Assembly (NCBI GenBank): GCA_030141605.1
Contig: JAQGDQ010000964.1
Span: forward strand, 11,565 to 75,564
Reading direction: 5' to 3'
From: Tubiluchus corallicola
Taxonomy: Eukaryota > Animalia > Priapulida
DNA: 64,000 nt
Shown: one piece after another, positions 25,761-37,700 of the stretch
How positions within the stretch are numbered: position 1 is the stretch's first letter
Layout: every line of letters begins with the position of its first letter
Notes under the pieces: model-generated
Database searches by the model: none
Told to the model about the DNA's origin: nothing
The model's input: the letters and a program-made list of their open reading frames with translations, nothing else
Translations under genes and position numbers: made by a program

Positions 25761-28700
25761 CTGAAATAAACAACGTGAAAGGTTTCTCCTCTTGCAAAAA
25801 CCACATTCAACTATGATTAGGGAAAATTTAACAAAAGAGAATACGGTGCCTTTACTCAGTAAGACCAGCCACTGTTGTAGCGTGCTATCAAAATAAAAGA
25901 CTTACAAAAAAATTATGTAGTGCAAAGTAGAAAGTAAGCTCCAAAATTATCATTTTAATTCACATTTATTTCTAAAATTTACAATACCCCACACACAAGA
26001 AATTAGTTTGCAAAGCGGATTAGGATTCAAGTTGAGATTAAGGTTAGGGTTAGTGTTAGGGTTACGATTAGGGCCTGGTTAGGGTTAATGTTGGTGCTGG
26101 GTTAGATTTAAGGTTAAGGTTAGGGTTACGATTAGGGCCTGGTTAGGGTTAGGGTTACGATTAGGGCCTGGTTAGGGTTAATGTTGGTGCTGGGTTAGAT
26201 TTAAGATTTAAGCATTAAATTAGGTGGAGAATCGTAAACTCTTTCCCAACATTTTATGCCTAAATTTGTTCTACAGCTGCAATCGCCCGAGAAAATTGAT
26301 ATAACATTGGCGGCTCATAGCTAAAATTAGTGGCTTCAGAAAATTTTGAGTCGTTGTTTTAATACTGTGTAAAAATGAAACAAACGTAGGAAAATTTATA
26401 CATAAACTTGATAAAATCCTAAACGAAAAAACGTTTTGCTCACGAATAGCCTAAATTGCCGCAATTCAAAAATATGCCAGTACACGGTTTATAAGCAAGT
26501 GACAACTGACAACGAACTGTGTGAGTGACAATACTTTCTCTACCTAGCAGCAAGTGCTAACAGTGCAGCGTACACCATGTTATCTCAGACATGGCCGCAT
26601 GCGCACAACAGCCAAACACACCACTGTGCTGGGCTGTGAAGCAAACAGTACTACTCTCATGCGCTTCGGTTCCATACAAGTATAAAGAAAGAACTAAAAA
26701 TGACTTATTATATTGAATATTATCGCTAACATTGAGTGAAAATTGGGGTGCTGCAGTTCCACAGTACCTATACACGAGCTGCCACTGTTCGATAAAAAAT
26801 TACACGTCCCTATTTTGAGTTTTAACGAAACTGTTAGTAAAATCACAAGTACAAATATCAGTAACGTACTATTACTATTCAATTTATATAAAAAGGATAG
26901 CTGACTAGATGACTTCTTGGACTAGCTATCCTTTCTCCCCTTCACTTGCACTAATAATTATTAGGCCATATTTATCTATATATAGCTTGGTACTCTTGTT
27001 ATAGACAGTGGCGTCGTGCCATAGGGGCCCGCCCCCCCCAATTTTTTTTAGAAAATGTCAAAAATTTGAAGGGTGTCAGCGGCTCGTAATGAGACCGGTA
27101 AGCAAATTTATTTCCGACTTTTTGACACGCGGCCAGCGCTCCATAAATGCGAACAGTATGAGCATGAGTATGTGTTTACCTGAAAGTCAGGATGTAGTTA
27201 ATTTGTTTGCATGTAATCTATTTAGGAGGCAGGCAGGAACAGTTAACAAAGCAGCTCGTTGAGTAGCATTAGCGTCTTTGCACAAAAGACTGTTAGTTAA
27301 CAAAACGGCTCAGTTAGCACTCGAGCTTCGTTCAGCAGTGTGTTATAATAGAGAATAAGTGAAATAATAGAGCAAAAACAATGTTTAAACAGTCGGCCCC
27401 CCAATTTTTTTTGGTGCACGACGCCCCTGGTTATAGACTGGATGTGATTATTCTATATTTCGCAGTATGAGGGAGAAAAATTAATTCTAATTCAATTCAA
27501 CTTTATTATCATATTAGATTCAATTTTGCTCTGTATGCATAGATGCTTATACAGGATACCAGAATAGGGGAGTGTTAGCAACTGGAGTGTTGACTGAAAT
27601 GTCCATTCATCCGGTGGAAAAGTCGGATAGAGCTGAGAACGCCATCCGGCTTTATAGGAACTTATGTCTTCCGCTGACCAGCTGTAAGATCCAGCACATC
27701 TTCTGCCAAACGGCTGCAGTAAATGGTGTATTGAGCACAAGCCTGTAAAAGCATTACAATACAAATACAAAAAAGAATCAATACAAAAAAGTTAGCATTG
27801 AAAAGAACAAGAAAAATAAGAAAAAGCAAACATAAATGAAAAAAGACAAAGGAAAAAGTTAGATGGCAGCATGTTCATAATACAGTAAACTCCGCGTAAC
27901 TCAAAATGGCATAACTCAAATTTTCGCCTAACACAAATAAAATTATAGTCCTTGTAATCAAAAATGCACTTTATACTCCAGAAAAATAAAAAGTTTCGTG
28001 CAACTCAAAAGCTGTTCAACAGTGTTGTTTACGTGTCCTTTTATAACATAAAAAAATCGTGTTGCACTCATAATTTATTATTCTTTATGTAATTGTCATC
28101 AAATTTCGTCGTTTATGCAATAGAATGGTTGACTTTTGCCTTCTATTTAGCTCGCCGTCTGGAGGAGGGGTTTAGAGTTTCTATGCTGGGAAATGGTCAA
28201 CATCGCCTAACTCAAAGTTTTTTTCCGGTTCGGTTGGATTTGAGTTATGCGGAGTTTACGGTACCGTCGATATTTGCAAAAGTTCAATTGCAACATATTT
28301 TTATGAAACACTTCCTAAAGGTAATAAAAAAGATCTACCATACCGCAAAAATTACTTGCAAATGTATAATATGTTGGGACAAACGGAAGCACGCTTGGAC
28401 CAAGTAAAATTAATGGCTAGGGGTATTAAAAACCAGATAAATAAGCAATATGCAATATCTTTAAAACGTAACTGCTTGAAAAGTAATCAATCTAACAATA
28501 CTTCAAAAGTATTGCCATACAAATAAATGCAATTTTCTATTGTACAATTAAATGTACACTGTTTGCCATGAAACAGACCATAGAATTTCTACAGTAAACT
28601 CCGCATAATTCAAATCCAAAAAGACCCCAGCATAGAAACTCTAAACCCCTCCTTCAGACGGCGAGCTAAATAGAAGGCACAACCTCAACCCTTCTGTTGC

Positions 28701-31700
28701 ATAACCGACAAGATTTCACGACAATTACATAAAGATTAACAATTTATGTAGAGAAACACGATTTTTTTATGTTACAAAACGGACACGTACACAACACTCT
28801 TAAACAATATGACAGTGGGGCTATGAATGTCTTATGTACTGCAGTTCAATCTGTGCGAAGTTCAATTATTCCGTTAGCCAGAAGACAATACTGTTTTTCA
28901 GTTGTAAGAAATTTTTCATTTTTAGAGTATAAATTGCATTTTTGAGCTAGGCGAACTAAATTACATGTATTTTGATTAAATGGACCATAAATTTTTATTT
29001 GACTTAGTAGAGATTTTGAGTTAAGCGATGTGTTTTTGTGGGAAAAACGAAGGATTTCATCCGTTCCACTGAAATTCTTTGAGTTACGCGGAGTTTACCG
29101 TATTAGAACACGCCATCCATTTTTGCCTCGGTATTTGCGCAAAGCTAGCAATCCTTCTCTGTGCACGTGTCATTTAAATCCATGCTACATACATGACATT
29201 GGTTCCTAACCTTTTACTAGCTAAGTCCCTTTCGAAATTCAACTATCTCCAATTTGAGTTTCAAGAAAACATTTCTTACTACCATTGTGCAGTTTTATTA
29301 GACTTTAATTTAATTTTGAAAACAAACAAAATACGCAAAAGCCCTTATTTTCAATTTACACATGTTTTCATTTGTAGTATTCTCTCTACTCATACTCCTT
29401 CTTAAAAATCCCCTTATTTTCAATTTATTTCCGAATTGAAGAACAAAATGCAAGAAAAAAGATGATCGGATGTCAAATCAGAAGTCCAACTTCAAGTCGA
29501 ACAATTGTGTCGCAAAAACAATGACGTTTCAAAATACAAACAATCATGATGTCTAAAGATTTAAATCTTGTAACTCTTTCCTTATACCACGAGGCCATTA
29601 CTCCCGTAAAATTCCTACTCCGTAAGTGTACGCTGTACGGCAAAACGTTCTAACGTGTTACACGACACTACTTCTGCGTACCCCTGGCTTAGCACAGCTG
29701 TTTCGCAACCCCAAGGAGTACTCGTACCCTAGGTTAGCACACCAGAATCGTTTCTTAAACACAAGAAGAAAAACAGCAATAATAAGCAAAACGAACAGAC
29801 AGAAAAGTTATCAAGAATTTTCCACATTTGTAAGGTACAGGTAAACTTCCAATACTCTGCATAAATTTCAACTTCACACCTGGCTTAATTCTAAGTTGTC
29901 GTAACCTGAGAGGTCCCACAAGTCGACTAGTGATATCCGCTGCATATCCAGGAGGTGCGGTTTCACCGTTGTACAAGGTCTTCAAGTATAAACTTGGCTC
30001 AAGCGTGTTGCTGATGTAATCCCACATGCTTTCTGTGTCAGATATCTAAAATAGTATAAAAAATTGCAATAATTATACTTGAATGAAACAACATGAACTA
30101 CATCTGCTCAATATACACTTGAGTTTTTTAACGTGAACTATTTGTGCTCAGGAGATTCTTGAATCACACAACATGAACTGCATGCGTTAAGCACATACAT
30201 GAGTGAAACAACATGAACTACATGTGCTCAATATACACTTGAGTAAATCAACATTCAACGTGAACTATTTGTGCTCAGAACATACTTGAATCACACAACA
30301 TGAATTGCATGTGTTAAGCACATACATGAGTGAAACAACATGAACTACATCTGCTCAATATAAACTTGAGTAAATCAACGTGAACTATTTGTGCTCAGAA
30401 CATACTTGATTCACACAACATGAACTGCATACGTTAAGCACATACATGAGTGAAACAACATGAACTACATGTGCTCAATATAAACTTGAGTAAATCAACG
30501 TGAACTATTTGTGCTCAGAACATACTTGAATCACACAACATGAACTGCATGCGTTAAGCACATACATGAGTGAAACAACATGAACTACATCTGCTCAATA
30601 TACACTTGAGTAAATCAACGTGAACTATTTGTGCTCAGAACATACTTGATTCACACAACATGAACTGCACGCGTTAAGCACATACATGAGTGAAACAACA
30701 TGAACTACATCTGCTCAATATACACTTGAGTAAATCAACGTGAACTATTTGTGCTCAGAACATACTTGATTCACACAACATGAACTGCACGCGTTAAGCA
30801 CATACATGAGTGAAACAACATGAACTACATCTGCTCAATATACACTTGAGTAAATCAACGTGAACTATTTGTGCTCAGAACATACTTGAATCACACAACA
30901 TGAACTGCATGCGTTAAGCACATACATGAGTGAAACAACATGAACTACATCTGCTCAATATACACTTGAGTAAATCAACGTGAACTATTTGTGCTCAGAA
31001 CATACTTGATTCACACAACATGAACTGCACGCGTTAAGCACATACATGAGTGAAACAACATGAACTACATGTGCTAAGCACACAATTGAGTGAAACAACA
31101 AACTATACGTGCTCAATATGTACTTTAATGAAACAACAAGAACTTTAATGTGCCCACAACATATTTGAGCAATACAACGTGAATCACAGGCGGCAAATAC
31201 ATACTTGAATTAAACAACATGGCATACAGGTGCTAATAAACACTTGAGAGGAACAACAAACGACATGAGCTCAATACATACTCGACTGGAACAACATGAA
31301 CTACACGTGTTGTTAGTCGTAAGTGTACCTGAGTGTAAGTCGTATTTCCATAGTAATTAGCTTTAATTACTAAATCCTCAACTGTACCGGTTACCAGATA
31401 TGATCTGAAAATACATAATTGTCATATGTAATTGAATACATTTCATTTATTTAATGTATTACAGTCAACCTCGGGTATAAGGTACTTGCTTAGGGAACAC
31501 CAACACCGGCCCCAGTTTTTCGTAACGTTTTTCCTATGTAAAAATCTTCGTACATAAGTTACTCGAATATAAGGCACTTTCGGTTATAAGGGATGATATC
31601 TTCAGGTCCCGCATAATAGAAACCCAGACAAATTACCTCGCATATAAGGGACCCTATGATCAAAGCAAAATTCATCGATTTTCAACCTCAATTTTTTTGC

Positions 31701-34700
31701 CAACTTAGCATTCGAACAGCTCAGTTTCTGCAGTCACATACATCTCCCATCACTGAAGGAGCTTCCTGCATACCGTTTGCACTGAATGTGTAGCAATAAT
31801 CCATAAAAACATGGGCAAAAGTACAGAAAAGTACAGGTCCAGATACTCATCTTCAGCTATAAGGGACATTGGATATAAGGGACGGTTTTTTCCGGTGCGG
31901 AGGTGTCCCTTATATCCGAGGTTGACTGTATTTTCTTTGCACAAGTACTTTCCAAAACAGACTAAACTAAATAGACTATGCAACAATGAAACGTGAAAAA
32001 AAGAAAAATATGCAACGATGATCAACCAAATATGTAAAGCATTTAACTAACCGATTGAAACATAAACAAATTAGAAATTCAAGTCAAACCGAAAGAAGAA
32101 AATAAAACATAAATAAAAAATCAGTAAAAAAAAGAAAATTTGCATGATAAAATCAAACTAAATGTAATGAAAGGAAAATATGCAGTTGTGATTATATGCA
32201 ATTATGTTAAGCTTAATGCCAAAAGGACTATAAACTAATATAGAGAAGCAGAAATGGAGTAAACAAAGTATATAATGAAAATCAATTAAAAATTTGACTG
32301 CTCGGGTACAAGATAATCAATGGTCTTACACTATGCAACAGTTGAGCCTACTTCCTGCATTAAAACTTGATTATAATCTAAAAGTTGTCTCAAATTAAAG
32401 TAAGTTTGTTCAGGTGCTTAAAACCCACGTGTTTAAGAGAGACATTTTAAATAGCAATGTCTAATTTTCATTGTGAATGGCATCTTATGTAACCAACAGT
32501 AAACTCCGCGTAACTCAAAATTTCCTCTAACTCATATAAAAATTATGGTGCATTTAATCAAAATACGTGTCATTTACTTTGCCTAACTCAAAAGTGCAAT
32601 TTATACTCTAGAAAAATAAAAAGTTTCGTCTTATGATTCTGATAATAAATCGATTATTTTCTGTGGGATTGATCTTTCCGGGAAAGTTTAAGTCGGCTAC
32701 CACGTAGTAACACTCTAACATTAATCGTTTTTCATTACATAAATTGTTATTCTTTTTGCAATTGTCATCAAATCTCGTCGTTTATGTATAGAAGAGTGGA
32801 AACCTAGCCACTGGGGGGGGGGGGGCAAGCCAGCCCATCTCAGTGCCGGTCCCAAGCCCGGATAAATAGGGAGGGTTAGCGTCAGGAAGGGCATCCGCAT
32901 GTAAAAACTGCGCCAAAACCTTCTATGAATGAGTCGGTGAGACTTAAAGGTAAAGTCCGCAAAGAAGTGGTCAGACCCGCTCTATCTATGGGCTGGAAGC
33001 AGCTTCTCTAAAGAAGACCGAAGAGAAGAAAATGGGTGTGGTGGAGATGAGGATGTTGAGATGGATGGTAGGAATAACAAGAAGAGATAAAATTAGAAAT
33101 AATAATATCAGAGGAACAGTAAAAGTAGTGGAAGCCTCGCTAGATTGTGATGGTATGGACACCTGAAAAGAAGAGTCGGTGAAGATCAGGTGGGAAGGGA
33201 AGACATAAATGAAGAGATGGTCAACAACAGGAATGCGTGGAGAAGACTCATTCACAACGGCGACCCCGCATAGGGAAAAGCTGGGAAGAAGAAGAAGAAG
33301 ATGTATAGAAGGGTGGACTTTCTGCTTTCTAGTTAGCTCGCCGTCTGGAGGAGGGGTTTAGAGTTTCTATGCTAGAAAACGCTCAACATCGCCCAACTCA
33401 AAGTTTTTTCGGTCGGGTTGAATTGGAGTTAAGCGGAGTTTACTGTACTTATGCCGTGACTCAGTGACGATGTCATGACTCAAATAATAAGAATTAGCAG
33501 CAGAAGCAGCAGCAACAACAACAACATAACTACTTGCCTAGGATCAATCAAGTGGTGGGCAATGATAGTCAAAAGAATGGCAAAGGCGGTGAAAAGACCG
33601 AGTTCCTTGATAATTCCATCCATCTTACGTACGTATCTACGATTCTGTCTTGTCTGAACGACCATAGATGCCCTTGGTGGACGATACTGCTGCCGCCTTT
33701 GCAGATTGCTGAAAAAAACATTTAACGTAAATTTGAAATTTTTTGACACATCTGTACCATGTGTATGACTACAATGCTTAAACAACTGTTTGCACTAAGT
33801 GAGTCGATTTGCATAGTGGCTGAATCCATTAGATGTTCCTTCATAAACATCTATCTAAATGATGCCAGGTCTATTGAAATCATTTAAAAAGCATTTCAAA
33901 ATGCACCTAATATATTTACTTTCTTTCATATTTCCCCCCATACTGTTTCCAGTCTTGTGCATAGAGTAAGGCTTCACGACTTCTCGGTTAGCGACGTTTC
34001 ATTTTAAGGAAGACGTTTCATTTTTTATTTCATTTTTTTTTGGTTTATTTACCTAATATATTTTGGTTTATTAGCCAGCAGTAGCAGTTTTTACTGAAAT
34101 AATGTAATAAGGTTATAGGCAGCGTGCAATGGATGATGTCAGAACAATGGCTTTGCGTTAGCAGTTTTCCAAGCTAAAATTGCCAAAAATAGAACATCTA
34201 ATTAACTCGTTGTCACTCCTCTTGCCTGCACCTGCCCTAAAATATAACCCACATCATCGTGTAGCCCTGTTGTTATTCTTTCCAAAGAGCTATTTATCTC
34301 CTTCCAAGAGTCTCACTGAATACCACTACACGTTTTTTCTACAATCTGTTTGGCCAAAATTTCGAAAAATTGGGAGTTTGGTACGGGGAAAACGCCCATA
34401 GCGGGACGCCGCGGTCATCCCGCGAAATTTGAATACGACTATTACACCCACCATTGAATGAGCTATCTAATTACACCACTCGTGGCCCATTCCTGATCAA
34501 GACTGATCAATAATGCTGACCATTTGTATCAAGCAAGAGAGAGCGGGAGCAAACTTTATGGAAAGTAATCTTGCCTGCAACCTGTTGTTATAGCAACCAG
34601 ACTAAGTTTCTAGATAAAATTCCCAAGATTGCCGCCCAAGTACTTGGCTTTGACTCTGTTGCAGTGTTTAGTGTTTAATGGCTGCCTAGACTTAAACATC

Positions 34701-37700
34701 GACTAAAGAGAAACCACTAGCTAGGTAAGTAAGATATATAGGTAGTTTCAAGGAAGCAGAAAAAAATTAATTAGTAGAAACACACGGAAAACTGATAAAA
34801 CGTTTAATTTATGATTTAAGCAATATTGATTTTTGCCTGTGGAATATATCCCAATTCTTTTACATTACAGTCTACGGAAGTTTTGTCTTCGTTTAACGAC
34901 GTTTCGGTTAACGTCACATTTTGCTGGAATGCATTAGCGTCGTTAAACGAGGACTTACTGTAAATGGCAGTGAGGAACAGTACTGTTACTGTTCACTTAG
35001 ATTTGCCATATTGCCCAAAAATGAATTAGTAAATCACAGTTTACTCACATCAACTAACACAAACAAGTTTTGATCAATTAACTTACGACAAACCTTTTGC
35101 ACTCCTCGACTATCTCGGTTCCCACCTCCGGCCGGCTCGGCCGCTTTACCTCTGTCGTCCGCTGCTCCAGCTCCACGGGTTTCTTAAACAACACGGCTAA
35201 TATGGCCGCCGCTGCCATCACCTTGATGGGTTCGGATATGAACACGCCCTGAATAACTGAAGCCATTTGAGAGACCAACCATTCCGTGCTTTTCTTCAAC
35301 CCAAACTTCAGACCGTACAGCATGATAAAGAACGATGCGGTGATCGAAGACGCATAAACCGTAACCCAGGCGATGTACACGCACCACCAGGGAAACTTAA
35401 ACGGAGGTTTGTTTTTCCTCTTCTCCTCTTCCTCCTGTTCCTTCTTCTCCTGTCTCTCCTTCCACCTGGCATACCACTTTGAAAAAGGCCGAGGCAGTAG
35501 GCGTTCCAACCCCCCTTCCTCCTCCTCTATCTCAAAATCAAACCCCGCCCACTCTTCAAACGGATCGATACCAGAATGTATTACGTGAACTCCGGCAAAG
35601 CTGCCCGCAGGTAGTTTAAAAGTCGATCCCACTTTTTTGCGCTGTTCTCTTCTCCTTCTTTCTTCCGCTTTCCGTTCCAATTTGAACCGTCTCTCTAGTT
35701 GCGTCACCTCACTAGACAAACTCCTCATATTCCGCGTCACGTCTAATACATCATTTTCCTCTTCCACGTTGCTATCTCTAATCCACTCTAGCCACTCGTT
35801 CTCATTTGCAAACGGCAGTTCTTCAGCTTCCTACAATGAAAAGTTTACAAATCTCTGTGGTTACAATTCACTAAAAATTTACATCGAACAATCCAAATAA
35901 CTTTAGCAAAATTTTTTGTTACTGTGCAAAAATTTTTGCTGTTACAAATAAAGACAGAAAACTTTGGAACTGCCTTATGAATGATGATAAATTGATGATC
36001 ACAAATACAGTAAGTCCTCGCATAACGACGCTTCGTTTTAACGATGCCGATCGTTTTTACACCTCTTTTCACTTAACGATACACGTCTCGTTTTAACGAC
36101 GATTTTTTTATTTTTCTCAAGGCAAATTTTTATGTGATCAACAAAATTTTTACCAAATTTGATGCATTAAAAATCAGTACATATTGCGATATTCGGTTCT
36201 AAAAATGCACTAGTAATGTAAACAGAGCAATTATTATACATGTTTTTACTTGTTGACTGACTACTGACACTACTACTGTGTTACTAGCAGTTTGTATCAA
36301 CTGTCAAGTGACCAGGGAGCAATTTTGCCTGCAACCTGTTGCTTTAGCAACTAGACTAAGTAAATAGGTAAAATTCCCAAGGTTGCCCCCAGGGCTTTGG
36401 TTTGACTCTGCAGTGTTTATTGTTTAACAGCTGACTAGAATTAAACATTAGTGAAAGAGAAAGCTAGGTATTGCTAAGTAAAATATGTAGATGGTTTCAG
36501 GCAAACAGGAAGACATTAATCAGTAGAAATATGAATAAAACTCATAGAATGTTTAACTTATATGATTTAAGCTGTATTGATTTTTGTGTCTGAATCTCAA
36601 TTCTTTTGCTTTACCTAGTATGGAGGTCTTGGCTTCGTTTAACGACATTTTACTTAACTTTGCATTTTTCTGGAATGCATTAGCGTAGTTAAGCGAAGAC
36701 TTACTGTGCATGTTTCTCCGAAATTTCTTAAAACTTTTTTTTTAGAATAAATTTCACTTTTTTGGACAATATGTAAATAAGATTTTTGAAGAAACTGCAG
36801 TTGTAGTTCTCTTATTGTTTCTTTAACATAGACACTTCTCTGGGTGTACTCGTTTTAGTGCTGCTTTCATTATTTTAGTCTGAAATCACTTATAACTGCA
36901 ATTTCTTTCTTCTGCTGTCTTTACCACAGATGCTCTTTCCATTACAGTGGCGGCTTGCGTATAGGCACTGTGGAACAGCAGCACTTCCTATTTTCACTCA
37001 ATATTATCTTTATTCAGTTCTTTCTTTATACTTGTACGGAACCAGAGTACACGAGGGTAGTACTGTTTGCTTCACAGTCCAGCACAGAGGTGTGTTTCTT
37101 TATACTTGTACGGAACCAGAGTACACGAGGGTAGTACTGTTTGCTTCACAGTCCAGCACAGAGGTGTGTTTCTTTATACTTGTACGGAACCAGAGTACAC
37201 GAGGGTAGTACTGTTTGCTTCACAGTCCAGCACAGAGGTGTGTTTCTTTATACTTGTACGCAACCAGAGTACACGAGGGTAGTACTGTTTGCTTCACAGT
37301 CCAGCACAGAGGTGTGTTTCTTTATACTTGTACGGAACCAGAGTACACGAGGGTAGTACTGTTTGCTTCACAGTCCAGCACAGAGGTGTGTTTCTTTATA
37401 CTTGTACGGAACCAGAGTACACGAGGGTAGTACTGTTTGCTTCACAGTCCAGCACAGAGGTGTGTTTCTTTATACTTGTACGGAACCAGAGTACACGAGG
37501 GTAGTACTGTTTGCTTCACAGTCCAGCACAGAGGTGTGTTTCTTTATACTTGTACGCAACCAGAGTACACGAGGGTAGTACTGTTTGCTTCACAGTCCAG
37601 CACAGAGGTGTGTTTCTTTATACTTGTACGGAACCAGAGTACACGAGGGTAGTACTGTTTGCTTCACAGTCCAGCACAGAGGTGTGTTTCTTTATACTTG

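Larger units (their letters stand above)
32497..33445. mobile_element. pogo/Tc1-like MITE family 1, interrupted by the RTE insertion
   Basis: cagtaaactccgcgtaactc..gagttaagcggagtttactg; homology resumes after the TSD. Confidence 0.8.

Noticed and set aside
24682-25806. 374-aa ORF as a standalone PKD2-like gene
   Set aside because: Its first 15 residues are intronic; an acceptor at 25761-25762 joins it in phase to upstream PKD1-like exons.
24730-25810. Overlapping alternative-frame ORFs in the terminal exon
   Set aside because: Shadows of GC-richer coding sequence with no recognisable motifs.
26020-26210. TTAGGG-like tracts (also ~5265-5365 and ~16460-16515) as interstitial telomeres
   Set aside because: Degenerate, and at least two are embedded in a dispersed element; not pure telomeric arrays.
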